Shown piece by piece: positions 38,565-51,528 of a stretch of 64,000 bases of DNA; the first letter of the stretch is position 1, and each line of letters starts with the position of its first letter. The DNA comes from Macrostomum lignano (Eukaryota). Made by a program: the position numbers and the translations under genes. Location: positions 122,323 through 186,322 of the forward strand of contig NIVC01001442.1 of the NCBI GenBank assembly GCA_002269645.1, given 5' to 3'. The notes below the pieces were generated by a model. The model did not search any database. It was not told the DNA's origin and saw only the letters and a program-made list of their open reading frames with translations.

Positions 38565-39543
38565 GTAAGTTCTCTTTGATTGACACATATAACAGACTGT
38601 TTCTTAGAGATTCGCACTACGCATATGATATGCGCAATACAGTTTGAATGCGTCCTTGGTATAACTCAGTAGGTTTTGTCAAATTCTTCTGGCTCTTGTC
38701 CAGGAGCTGGGACTGTGCTCACCTTGAGTATATATGAAAAATAGCTTTAAATTACGTTTTGCATGCGGAGTCGATTTCTTAACCAGAGATATGCGCGCAT
38801 TATCCACCTAGCGTGTTTTTATTTAGTCGAATATTTTACCCTTTGACAGCAAAACATGTTGATCAGGGTCCCCCTATACCTCCTTTCTCTTTTTGCTGCA
38901 CTTGCCCGCGCCTTGCCGTTGACACCGCCATGTCCCCAAACCAGACCGCAGTTTAATATTTGCTCAACCAACCAACCCATGCAGTCACCCGCGTACACTC
39001 GCTTATATATGCCATGTACATTTGGCGTGACGTTTCTTTAGTTTGTATCACGCAAATAAACAGCGGGGTTGGGTGCCAATGCAGACAACGTACAAATCTT
39101 CGCAGCTGTCATATTTACACTAACAAATGTTTTAAATGAACTGCCTCATTCCTTCTTATCTTGTTCCTCCTTATGCTCACTCAGCGAGACGACCAACACG
39201 TCTCTAATGTAACAACCAATCTCAAGAAGATTATCAACCGCTAATGTACACTTAATTCAACGCATGTGCGGCAGGCCCTCCCCCAATCCTACGAGAGCCT
39301 AACCCCCACTCCCCCGATTCCGCCGCGTATTTTAGCTCAGACACAACCCCAACACCTCCCGCAGCGCCTGAGATTTCATTGCCTGCCTGCCTGTCTGTCA
39401 CAGACCATACTGTGTCCACTCCTGTGCAGCCACTGCAAAGCTGGGAGCGCCGATCAATCACACAAGCCACTCCCATTCGACTAAGTTTAGTTCCCTTCGA
39501 GTGAACTCCTTAACTGTCTAATCCTACAAGACAGCTCGTCAAA

Positions 39544-39617
39544 ATGGGGAACTTATTTAAAGGCCGAGGAGGTCAAAGAGGTCAGGCGAGACCGGCAGAT
39601 GCTCAACCGGTTAGTGG
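39544..39617 (+). CDS. Candidate N-terminal exon of the arginine kinase gene (MGNLFKGRGGQRGQARPADAQPVSG); an overlapping second frame, 39535-39609, is also splice-compatible
   Basis: AAAATGG context; GTAAGT donor at 39618 (phase 2). Upstream CAG acceptor at 39534 and GTTAGT donor at 39610 support the second frame. Confidence 0.5.
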
Positions 39618-40075
39618 GTAAGTTGTCCCTAATGATAGTAAGGAGATTGTGCTGACATGCTGCAGTTGCTTTCAAAACTCTTGCATGTCAAGTCACGGGG
39701 AACTACTAACTGCATAATCCTCTCCTATGAATGTGTGAATGCTATTATTTCCATTAAACCAGTTTCAAATGAAGCTGCATGAGAGACACCAATTCTTTTG
39801 ACCTTGCTTCGACATTTTGTTTTAGAAAGCTTTTTAATCTGTCTATCCTGGCTGTTCCGCTCCCATAAATAACGTAAAATCCAATTTCAAAACAATCAAA
39901 ACAACAAAAAATCTGAGTGCATTGCATGAACTACTACTTATAGTACTACACACAAAATAAACTAAAATATTCCTTTATGAATCATGAATCATAACAGGTA
40001 ATGCAGTTTAATTAATTTATTTTTATAGTAAAGAAACTATATCTAAGCAAAAATTAAACAAATTCTCCCCCATAG

Positions 40076-40260
40076 CGGCGCGAGCAACGAGGTGGACCCG
40101 GCCGTCATTGCCTATCTCGAGGATGGATTCCAAAAGCTGCAATCCGATCCCAACTGCAAGTCCCTGCTAAAAAAACATCTTACTGCCGAGGTGCTGCAAA
40201 AACTAAAGGGCCTGAAGACGGGCACTTTTGGATCCACCCTAAAAGATGTAATTCAGTCAG
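40076..40260 (+). CDS. AK: Arginine kinase exon encoding the N-terminal helical part of domain 1 (VDPAVIAYLEDGFQKLQ...SLLKKHLT...[10 protein letters not shown])
   Basis: TAG acceptor, G|GTAATA donor; ATP:guanido phosphotransferase N-terminal motif SLLKKHLT. Confidence 0.93.
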
Positions 40261-40340
40261 GTAATAGGAATCACAAGAGACTAAATCTCAATCACGAAAT
40301 ATTGTGTGCATTCAACACAAACCCCAAAACACTATGACAG

Positions 40341-41420
40341 GCGTAGAGAACCCCGACTCCGGAGTGGGTGTCTACGCTCCCGACGCCGAGGCGTACACGG
40401 TGTTCGCCGACCTGTTCGACCCGATCATCGAGGAGTACCATGGAGGCTTCAAGCGGACTGACAGGCACCCGCCGTGCACGCTGGGCGACCCGAACCAGTT
40501 CGGCGACGTGGACCCGGAGGGAAAGTACGTCGTATCGACCCGAATCCGGTGCGGCAGGTCGGTGAAGCAGTTCCCGTTCAACCCGAACATGACGGAGGAG
40601 CACTACAAGCAGCTGGAGGAGCTCGTGTCGGGCACGCTGAAGGACATGTCGGGCGAGCTGAAGGGCACGTATTACCCACTGACCGGGATGACCAAGGAGG
40701 TGCAGCAGCAGCTGATTGACGACCACTTTTTGTTCAAGGAGGGCGACCGGTTCCTGCAGAAGGCGAACGCGTGCCGCTACTGGCCGACGGGTCGCGGCAT
40801 CTACCACAACGACAGCAAGACGTTCCTGGTGTGGGTCGGCGAGGAGGACCACATGCGTATAATCTCGATGCAGAAGGGAGGCTGCATCCGGGAGGTCTAC
40901 GGCCGGCTGGTGAACGCGGTGAACGAGATCGAGAAGCGGATGGCGTTCAGCCACGACGAGCGTCTCGGCTTCCTGACCTTCTGCCCGACGAACCTGGGCA
41001 CCACGATCCGCGCCTCGGTGCACATCAAGCTGCCCAAGCTGGCCGCTGGAGGCCAGGAAGCTCTGCAGCGCGTGGCCGACCGGTTCCAGCTGCAGGTGCG
41101 CGGCTCAGCCGGTGAGCACTCCGAGGCTGTCGGCGGACTCTACGACATCTCCAACAAGGAGCGCATGGGTCTCACCGAGTTCGATGCTGTCAGCAAGATG
41201 AACCACGGCATCGCCGAGCTCATCCGCATGGAGAAGGCGCTCGAGCAAGGCGTCGACCCCGAGGTCGTCAGCTACATCGAAGCCGGCTACCAGAAGCTGC
41301 AGAGCGACGCCACTTGCCACTCGCTGCTGAAGAAGCACCTCACCAAGGAGGTGGTCGACAAGCTCAAGAACATGAGCACTCTGTCATTCGGATCAACTCT
41401 GAAGGACGTGATCCAGTCTG
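40341..41420 (+). CDS. AK: Arginine kinase cassette exon 1 (catalytic region of domain 1 plus N-terminus of domain 2), 1080 bp
   Basis: [57 protein letters not shown]; phase 1-1 GT-AG. Confidence 0.96.
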
Positions 41421-41688
41421 GTGAGGAGACTCTTTGATTTCTTGGTTCTTTCACGTGTTCATTGAATTGTACGCATTGCTAAAACTGAAGTATTCATACC
41501 GGCATTTGATTACAATTTTCAACAATTCACGGATATTGCTTTTGCTGACAGAATTACGCAGTAATACATTAGTGACCACGGTTCTCATTCAACTGTGCAT
41601 GCATTCTTTGTACCTTAACGGGGAATTTCACTGAACTGATTAAAGGTCCTTAAGTACCTGGTTGTCATTGTGCCGTTTAGTGCGTCAA

Positions 41689-42335
41689 TTTTGATTCACA
41701 CTGGTGTATCAGTTTTGATTCACACTGGTGTATCAGTTTTGATTCAGACTGTTGTATCAGTTTTTATTCACACTGGTGTATCAGTTTTTATTCACACTGG
41801 TGTATCAGTTTTGATTCACACTGTTGTATCAGTTTTTATTCACACTGGTGTATCAGTTTTGATTCAGACTGGTGTATCAGTTTTTATTCACACTGGTGTA
41901 TCAGTTTTTATTCACACTGGTGTATCAGTTTTTATTCACACTGGTGTATCAGTTTTGATTCAGACTGGTGTATCAGTTTTTATTCACACTGGTGTATCAG
42001 TTTTGATTCAGACTGGTGTATCAGTTTTGATTCACACTGGTGTATCAGTTTTGATTCACACTGGTGTATCAGTTTTGATTCACACTGGTGTATCAGTTTT
42101 TATTCAGACTGGTGTATCAGTTTTGATTCACACTGGTGTATCAGTTTTGATTCACACTGGTGTATCAGTTTTGATTCAGACTGGTGTATCAGTTTTGATT
42201 CACACTGGTGTATCAGTTTTGATTCAGACTGGTGTATCAGTTTTTATTCACACTGGTGTATCAGTTTTGATTCACACTGGTGTATCAGTTTTGATTCAGA
42301 CTGGTGTATCAGTTTTGATTCACACTGGTGTATCA
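41689..42335. repeat. 24-bp intronic VNTR (~27 units), AK intron 1
   Basis: Unit TTCACACTGGTGTATCAGTTTTGA. Confidence 0.95.
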
Positions 42336-42650
42336 TTTAGTACAAAGTTGATGTACTTACAAATTAGGGTTTGTACTCGAGTTGTTGATAAGCCTGATGT
42401 AATTACTTGTTACTGATAGGTTAGTCTTGATAAAGAGCATGCAGATGAAGCATATTTTTACGGTTTCTGAACCGTTTAAGTATAATCTTTTAAGCAGTCC
42501 CTTCTGAGCTAGTTGGGTATGAGTTTTTGGTTAGCGTGCAACTGAGCAGAAGGGGACACATGTGGTTTTACGGCGCTGTAGTACGTATTTTGTGGTGCTG
42601 CAAAAGGGTGTAACAGCATTGGATTAAGTGAAGCAAATTACTGTTTTCAG

Positions 42651-43730
42651 GCGTGGAGAACCCCGACTCCGGAGTGGGTGTCTACGCTCCCGACGCCGAG
42701 GCGTACACGGTGTTCGCCGACCTGTTCGACCCGATCATCGAGGAGTACCATGGAGGCTTCAAGCGGACTGACAGGCACCCGCCGTGCACGCTGGGCGACC
42801 CGAACCAGTTCGGCGACGTGGACCCGGAGGGAAAGTACGTCGTATCGACCCGAATCCGGTGCGGCAGGTCGGTGAAGCAGTTCCCGTTCAACCCGAACAT
42901 GACGGAGGAGCACTACAAGCAGCTGGAGGAGCTCGTGTCGGGCACGCTGAAGGACATGTCGGGCGAGCTGAAGGGCACGTATTACCCACTGACCGGGATG
43001 ACCAAGGAGGTGCAGCAGCAGCTGATTGACGACCACTTTTTGTTCAAGGAGGGCGACCGGTTCCTGCAGAAGGCGAACGCGTGCCGCTACTGGCCGACGG
43101 GTCGCGGCATCTACCACAACGACAGCAAGACGTTCCTGGTGTGGGTCGGCGAGGAGGACCACATGCGTATAATCTCGATGCAGAAGGGAGGCTGCATCCG
43201 GGAGGTCTACGGCCGGCTGGTGAACGCGGTGAACGAGATCGAGAAGCGGATGGCGTTCAGCCACGACGAGCGTCTCGGCTTCCTGACCTTCTGCCCGACG
43301 AACCTGGGCACCACGATCCGCGCCTCGGTGCACATCAAGCTGCCCAAGCTGGCCGCTGGAGGCCAGGAAGCTCTGCAGCGCGTGGCCGACCGGTTCCAGC
43401 TGCAGGTGCGCGGCTCAGCCGGTGAGCACTCCGAGGCTGTCGGCGGACTCTACGACATCTCCAACAAGGAGCGCATGGGTCTCACCGAGTTCGATGCTGT
43501 CAGCAAGATGAACCACGGCATCGCCGAGCTCATCCGCATGGAGAAGGCGCTCGAGCAAGGCGTCGACCCCGAGGTCGTCAGCTACATCGAAGCCGGCTAC
43601 CAGAAGCTGCAGAGCGACGCCACTTGCCACTCGCTGCTGAAGAAGCACCTCACCAAGGAGGTGGTCGACAAGCTCAAGAACATGAGCACTCCGTCATTCG
43701 GATCAACTCTGAAGGACGTGATCCAGTCTG
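42651..43730 (+). CDS. AK: Arginine kinase cassette exon 2 (domain 2/3), 1080 bp
   Basis: TTTTCAG|GC acceptor, TCTG|GTGAG donor; near-identical to cassette 1. Confidence 0.95.
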
Positions 43731-43998
43731 GTGAGGAGACTCTTTGATTTCTTGGTTCTTTCACGTGTTCATTGAATTGTACGCATTGCTAAAACTGAAG
43801 TATTCATACCGGCATTTGATTACAATTTTCAACAATTCACGGATATTGCTTTTGCTGACAGAATTACGCAGTAATACATTAGTGACCACGGTTCTCATTC
43901 AACTGTGCATGCATTCTTTGTACCTTAACGGGGAATTTCACTGAACTGATTAAAGGTCCTTAAGTACCTGGTTGTCATTGTGCCGTTTAGAGCGTCAA

Positions 43999-44789
43999 TT
44001 TTGATTCACACTGGTGTATCAGTTTTGATTCACACTGGTGTATCAGTTTTGATTCAGACTGTTGTATCAGTTTTTATTCACACTGGTGTATCAGTTTTTA
44101 TTCACACTGGTGTATCAGTTTTGATTCACACTGTTGTATCAGTTTTTATTCACACTGGTGTATCAGTTTTGATTCAGACTGGTGTATCAGTTTTTATTCA
44201 CACTGGTGTATCAGTTTTTATTCACACTGGTGTATCAGTTTTGATTCACACTGGTGTATCAGTTTTGATTCAGACTGGTGTATCAGTTTTTATTCACACT
44301 GGTGTATCAGTTTTGATTCAGACTGGTGTATCAGTTTTGATTCACACTGGTGTATCAGTTTTGATTCACACTGGTGTATCAGTTTTTATTCACACTGGTG
44401 TATCAGTTTTTATTCAGACTGGTGTATCAGTTTTTATTCACACTGGTGTATCAGTTTTGATTCAGACTGGTGTATCAGTTTTGATTCACACTGGTGTATC
44501 AGTTTTGATTCACACTGGTGTATCAGTTTTGATTCACACTGGTGTATCAGTTTTTATTCAGACTGGTGTATCAGTTTTGATTCACACTGGTGTATCAGTT
44601 TTGATTCACACTGGTGTATCAGTTTTGATTCAGACTGGTGTATCAGTTTTGATTCACACTGGTGTATCAGTTTTGATTCAGACTGGTGTATCAGTTTTTA
44701 TTCACACTGGTGTATCAGTTTTGATTCACACTGGTGTATCAGTTTTGATTCAGACTGGTGTATCAGTTTTGATTCACACTGGTGTATCA
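43999..44789. repeat. 24-bp intronic VNTR (~33 units), AK intron 2
   Basis: Same unit. Confidence 0.95.
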
Positions 44790-45104
44790 TTTAGTACAAA
44801 GTTGATGTACTTACAAATTAGGGTTTGTACTCGAGTTGTTGATAAGCCTGATGTAATTACTTGTTACTGATAGGTTAGTCTTGATAAAGAGCATGCAGAT
44901 GAAGCATATTTTTACGGTTTCTGAACCGTTTAAGTATAATCTTTTAAGCAGTCCCTTCTGAGCTAGTTGGGTATGAGTTTTTGGTTAGCGTGCAACTGAG
45001 CAGAAGGGGACACATGTGGTTTTACGGCGCTGTAGTACGTATTTTGTGGTGCTGCAAAAGGGTGTAACAGCATTGGATTAAGTGAAGCAAATTACTGTTT
45101 TCAG

Positions 45105-46183
45105 GCGTGGAGAACCCCGACTCCGGAGTGGGTGTCTACGCTCCCGACGCCGAGGCGTACACGGTGTTCGCCGACCTGTTCGACCCGATCATCGAGGAGT
45201 ACCATGGAGGCTTCAAGCGGACTGACAGGCACCCGCCGTGCACGCTGGGCGACCCGAACCAGTTCGGCGACGTGGACCCGGAGGGAAAGTACGTCGTATC
45301 GACCCGAATCCGGTGCGGCAGGTCGGTGAAGCAGTTCCCGTTCAACCCGAACATGACGGAGGAGCACTACAAGCAGCTGGAGGAGCTCGTGTCGGGCACG
45401 CTGAAGGACATGTCGGGCGAGCTGAAGGGCACGTATTACCCACTGACCGGGATGACCAAGGAGGTGCAGCAGCAGCTGATTGACGACCACTTTTTGTTCA
45501 AGGAGGGCGACCGGTTCCTGCAGAAGGCGAACGCGTGCCGCTACTGGCCGACGGGTCGCGGCATCTACCACAACGACAGCAAGACGTTCCTGGTGTGGGT
45601 CGGCGAGGAGGACCACATGCGTATAATCTCGATGCAGAAGGGAGGCTGCATCCGGGAGGTCTACGGCCGGCTGGTGAACGCGGTGAACGAGATCGAGAAG
45701 CGGATGGCGTTCAGCCACGACGAGCGTCTCGGCTTCCTGACCTTCTGCCCGACGAACCTGGGCACCACGATCCGCGCCTCGGTGCACATCAAGCTGCCCA
45801 AGCTGGCCGCTGGAGGCCAGGAAGCTCTGCAGCGCGTGGCCGACCGGTTCCAGCTGCAGGTGCGCGGCTCAGCCGGTGAGCACTCCGAGGCTGTCGGCGG
45901 ACTCTACGACATCTCCAACAAGGAGCGCATGGGTCTCACCGAGTTCGATGCTGTCAGCAAGATGAACCACGGCATCGCCGAGCTCATCCGCATGGAGAAG
46001 GCGCTCGAGCAAGGCGTCGACCCGAGGTCGTCAGCTACATCGAAGCCGGCTACCAGAAGCTGCAGAGCGACGCCACTTGCCACTCGCTGCTGAAGAAGCA
46101 CCTCACCAAGGAGGTGGTCGACAAGCTCAAGAACATGAGCACTCCGTCATTCGGATCAACTCTGAAGGACGTGATCCAGTCTG
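45105..46183 (+). CDS. AK: Arginine kinase cassette exon 3 (domain 3/4), 1079 bp as assembled (1-nt deletion near 46021)
   Basis: Identical to the other cassettes except GTCGACCCGAGG versus GTCGACCCCGAGG. Confidence 0.9.
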
Positions 46184-46451
46184 GTGAGGAGACTCTTTGA
46201 TTTCTTGGTTCTTTCACGTGTTCATTGAATTGTACGCATTGCTAAAACTGAAGTATTCATACCGGCATTTGATTACAATTTTCAACAATTCACGGATATT
46301 GCTTTTGCTGACAGAATTACGCAGTAATACATTAGTGACCACGGTTCTCATTCAACTGTGCATGCATTCTTTGTACCTTAACGGGGAATTTCACTGAACT
46401 GATTAAAGGTCCTTAAGTACCTGGTTGTCATTGTGCCGTTTAGTGCGTCAA

Positions 46452-46882
46452 TTTTGATTCACACTGGTGTATCAGTTTTGATTCACACTGGTGTATCAGT
46501 TTTGATTCAGACTGTTGTATCAGTTTTTATTCACACTGGTGTATCAGTTTTTATTCACACTGGTGTATCAGTTTTGATTCACACTGTTGTATCAGTTTTT
46601 ATTGAGACTGGTGTATCAGTTTTGATTCAGACTGGTGTATCAGTTTTTATTCACACTGGTGTATCAGTTTTGATTCACACTGGTGTATCAGTTTTTATTC
46701 AGACTGGTGTATCAGTTTTGATTCACACTGGTGTATCAGTTTTGATTCACACTGGTGTATCAGTTTTGATTCACACTGGTGTATCAGTTTTTATTCACAC
46801 TGGTGTATCAGTTTTGATTCAGACTGGTGTATCAGTTTTTATTCAGACTGGTGTATCAGTTTTGATTCACACTGGTGTATCA
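46452..46882. repeat. 24-bp intronic VNTR (~18 units), AK intron 3
   Basis: Same unit. Confidence 0.95.
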
Positions 46883-47197
46883 TTTAGTACAAAGTTGATG
46901 TACTTACAAATTAGGGTTTGTACTCGAGTTGTTGATAAGCCTGATGTAATTACTTGTTACTGATAGGTTAGTCTTGATAAAGAGCATGCAGATGAAGCAT
47001 ATTTTTACGGTTTCTGAACCGTTTAAGTATAATCTTTTAAGCAGTCCCTTCTGAGCTAGTTGGGTATGAGTTTTTGGTTAGCGTGCAACTGAGCAGAAGG
47101 GGACACATGTGGTTTTACGGCGCTGTAGTACGTATTTTGTGGTGCTGCAAAAGGGTGTAACAGCATTGGATTAAGTGAAGCAAATTACTGTTTTCAG

Positions 47198-48277
47198 GCG
47201 TGGAGAACCCCGACTCCGGAGTGGGTGTCTACGCTCCCGACGCCGAGGCGTACACGGTGTTCGCCGACCTGTTCGACCCGATCATCGAGGAGTACCATGG
47301 AGGCTTCAAGCGGACTGACAGGCACCCGCCGTGCACGCTGGGCGACCCGAACCAGTTCGGCGACGTGGACCCGGAGGGAAAGTACGTCGTATCGACCCGA
47401 ATCCGGTGCGGCAGGTCGGTGAAGCAGTTCCCGTTCAACCCGAACATGACGGAGGAGCACTACAAGCAGCTGGAGGAGCTCGTGTCGGGCACGCTGAAGG
47501 ACATGTCGGGCGAGCTGAAGGGCACGTATTACCCACTGACCGGGATGACCAAGGAGGTGCAGCAGCAGCTGATTGACGACCACTTTTTGTTCAAGGAGGG
47601 CGACCGGTTCCTGCAGAAGGCGAACGCGTGCCGCTACTGGCCGACGGGTCGCGGCATCTACCACAACGACAGCAAGACGTTCCTGGTGTGGGTCGGCGAG
47701 GAGGACCACATGCGTATAATCTCGATGCAGAAGGGAGGCTGCATCCGGGAGGTCTACGGCCGGCTGGTGAACGCGGTGAACGAGATCGAGAAGCGGATGG
47801 CGTTCAGCCACGACGAGCGTCTCGGCTTCCTGACCTTCTGCCCGACGAACCTGGGCACCACGATCCGCGCCTCGGTGCACATCAAGCTGCCCAAGCTGGC
47901 CGCTGGAGGCCAGGAAGCTCTGCAGCGCGTGGCCGACCGGTTCCAGCTGCAGGTGCGCGGCTCAGCCGGTGAGCACTCCGAGGCTGTCGGCGGACTCTAC
48001 GACATCTCCAACAAGGAGCGCATGGGTCTCACCGAGTTCGATGCTGTCAGCAAGATGAACCACGGCATCGCCGAGCTCATCCGCATGGAGAAGGCGCTCG
48101 AGCAAGGCGTCGACCCCGAGGTCGTCAGCTACATCGAAGCCGGCTACCAGAAGCTGCAGAGCGACGCCACTTGCCACTCGCTGCTGAAGAAGCACCTCAC
48201 CAAGGAGGTGGTCGACAAGCTCAAGAACATGAGCACTCCGTCATTCGGATCAACTCTGAAGGACGTGATCCAGTCTG
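47198..48277 (+). CDS. AK: Arginine kinase cassette exon 4 (domain 4/5), 1080 bp
   Basis: Same splice sites and sequence. Confidence 0.95.
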
Positions 48278-48545
48278 GTGAGGAGACTCTTTGATTTCTT
48301 GGTTCTTTCACGTGTTCATTGAATTGTACGCATTGCTAAAACTGAAGTATTCATACCGGCATTTGATTACAATTTTCAACAATTCACGGATATTGCTTTT
48401 GCTGACAGAATTACGCAGTAATACATTAGTGACCACGGTTCTCATTCAACTGTGCATGCATTCTTTGTACCTTAACGGGGAATTTCACTGAACTGATTAA
48501 AGGTCCTTAAGTACCTGGTTGTCATTGTGCCGTTTAGTGCGTCAA

Positions 48546-49865
48546 TTTTGATTCACACTGATGTATCAGTTTTGATTCACACTGGTGTATCAGTTTTGAT
48601 TCACACTGTTGTATCAGTTTTTATTCACACTGGTGTATCAGTTTTGATTCACACTGGTGTATCAGTTTTGATTCACACTGTTGTATCAGTTTTTATTCAC
48701 ACTGGTGTATCAGTTTTGATTCACACTGGTGTATCAGTTTTTATTCACACTGGTGTATCAGTTTTTATTCACACTGGTGTATCAGTTTTGATTCAGACTG
48801 GTGTATCAGTTTTTATTCACACTGGTGTATCAGTTTTTATTCACACTGGTGTATCAGTTTTGATTCACACTGGTGTATCAGTTTTGATTCAGACTGGTGT
48901 ATCAGTTTTTATTCACACTGGTGTATCAGTTTTGATTCACACTGGTGTATCAGTTTTTATTCACACTGGTGTATCAGTTTTGATTCACACTGGTGTATCA
49001 GTTTTGATTCAGACTGGTGTATCAGTTTTTATTCACACTGGTGTATCAGTTTTGATTCAGACTGGTGTATCAGTTTTGATTCACACTGGTGTATCAGTTT
49101 TTATTCACACTGTTGTATCAGTTTTGATTCACACTGGTGTATCAGTTTTTATTCAGACTGGTGTATCAGTTTTGATTCAGACTGGTGTATCAGTTTTTTT
49201 TTCAGACTGGTGTATCAGTTTTGATTCACACTGGTGTATCAGTTTTGATTCAGACTGGTGTATCAGTTTTAATTCAGACTGGTGTATCAGTTTTGATTCA
49301 GACTGGTGTATCAGTTTTTATTCAGACTGGTGTATCAGTTTTGATTCACACTGGTGTATCAGTTTTTATTCACACTGGTGTATCAGTTTTGATTCACACT
49401 GGTGTATCAGTTTTGATTCACACTGGTGTATCAGTTTTGATTCAGACTGGTGTATCAGTTTTGATTCAGACTGGTGTATCAGTTTTGATTCACACTGGTG
49501 TATCAGTTTTGATTCACACTGGTGTATCAGTTTTGATTCACACTGGTGTATCAGTTTTGATTCACACTGGTGTATCAGTTTTTATTGAGACTGGTGTATC
49601 AGTTTTGATTCAGACTGGTGTATCAGTTTTTATTCACACTGGTGTATCAGTTTTGATTCACACTGGTGTATCAGTTTTTATTCAGACTGGTGTATCAGTT
49701 TTGATTCACACTGGTGTATCAGTTTTGATTCACACTGGTGTATCAGTTTTGATTCACACTGGTGTATCAGTTTTTATTCACACTGGTGTATCAGTTTTGA
49801 TTCAGACTGGTGTATCAGTTTTTATTCAGACTGGTGTATCAGTTTTGATTCACACTGGTGTATCA
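48546..49865. repeat. 24-bp intronic VNTR (~55 units), AK intron 4
   Basis: Same unit. Confidence 0.95.
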
Positions 49866-50180
49866 TTTAGTACAAAGTTGATGTACTTACAAATTAGGGT
49901 TTGTACTCGAGTTGTTGATAAGCCTGATGTAATTACTTGTTACTGATAGGTTAGTCTTGATAAAGAGCATGCAGATGAAGCATATTTTTACGGTTTCTGA
50001 ACCGTTTAAGTATAATCTTTTAAGCAGTCCCTTCTGAGCTAGTTGGGTATGAGTTTTTGGTTAGCGTGCAACTGAGCAGAAGGGGACACATGTGGTTTTA
50101 CGGCGCTGTAGTACGTATTTTGTGGTGCTGCAAAAGGGTGTAACAGCATTGGATTAAGTGAAGCAAATTACTGTTTTCAG

Positions 50181-51260
50181 GCGTGGAGAACCCCGACTCC
50201 GGAGTGGGTGTCTACGCTCCCGACGCCGAGGCGTACACGGTGTTCGCCGACCTGTTCGACCCGATCATCGAGGAGTACCATGGAGGCTTCAAGCGGACTG
50301 ACAGGCACCCGCCGTGCACGCTGGGCGACCCGAACCAGTTCGGCGACGTGGACCCGGAGGGAAAGTACGTCGTATCGACCCGAATCCGGTGCGGCAGGTC
50401 GGTGAAGCAGTTCCCGTTCAACCCGAACATGACGGAGGAGCACTACAAGCAGCTGGAGGAGCTCGTGTCGGGCACGCTGAAGGACATGTCGGGCGAGCTG
50501 AAGGGCACGTATTACCCACTGACCGGGATGACCAAGGAGGTGCAGCAGCAGCTGATTGACGACCACTTTTTGTTCAAGGAGGGCGACCGGTTCCTGCAGA
50601 AGGCGAACGCGTGCCGCTACTGGCCGACGGGTCGCGGCATCTACCACAACGACAGCAAGACGTTCCTGGTGTGGGTCGGCGAGGAGGACCACATGCGTAT
50701 AATCTCGATGCAGAAGGGAGGCTGCATCCGGGAGGTCTACGGCCGGCTGGTGAACGCGGTGAACGAGATCGAGAAGCGGATGGCGTTCAGCCACGACGAG
50801 CGTCTCGGCTTCCTGACCTTCTGCCCGACGAACCTGGGCACCACGATCCGCGCCTCGGTGCACATCAAGCTGCCCAAGCTGGCCGCTGGAGGCCAGGAAG
50901 CTCTGCAGCGCGTGGCCGACCGGTTCCAGCTGCAGGTGCGCGGCTCAGCCGGTGAGCACTCCGAGGCTGTCGGCGGACTCTACGACATCTCCAACAAGGA
51001 GCGCATGGGTCTCACCGAGTTCGATGCTGTCAGCAAGATGAACCACGGCATCGCCGAGCTCATCCGCATGGAGAAGGCGCTCGAGCAAGGCGTCGACCCC
51101 GAGGTCGTCAGCTACATCGAAGCCGGCTACCAAAAGCTGCAGAGCGACGCCACTTGCCACTCGCTGCTGAAGAAGCACCTCACCAAGGAGGTGGTCGACA
51201 AGCTCAAGAACATGAGCACTCCGTCATTCGGATCAACTCTGAAGGACGTGATCCAGTCTG
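50181..51260 (+). CDS. AK: Arginine kinase cassette exon 5 (domain 5/6), 1080 bp
   Basis: Same splice sites; synonymous CAA versus CAG at 51133. Confidence 0.95.
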
Positions 51261-51528
51261 GTGAGGAGACTCTTTGATTTCTTGGTTCTTTCACGTGTTC
51301 ATTGAATTGTACGCATTGCTAAAACTGAAGTATTCATACCGGCATTTGATTACAATTTTCAACAATTCACGGATATTGCTTTTGCTGACAGAATTACGCA
51401 GTAATACATTAGTGACCACGGTTCTCATTCAACTGTGCATGCATTCTTTGTACCTTAACGGGGAATTTCACTGAACTGATTAAAGGTCCTTAAGTACCTG
51501 GTTGTCATTGTGCCGTTTAGTGCGTCAA

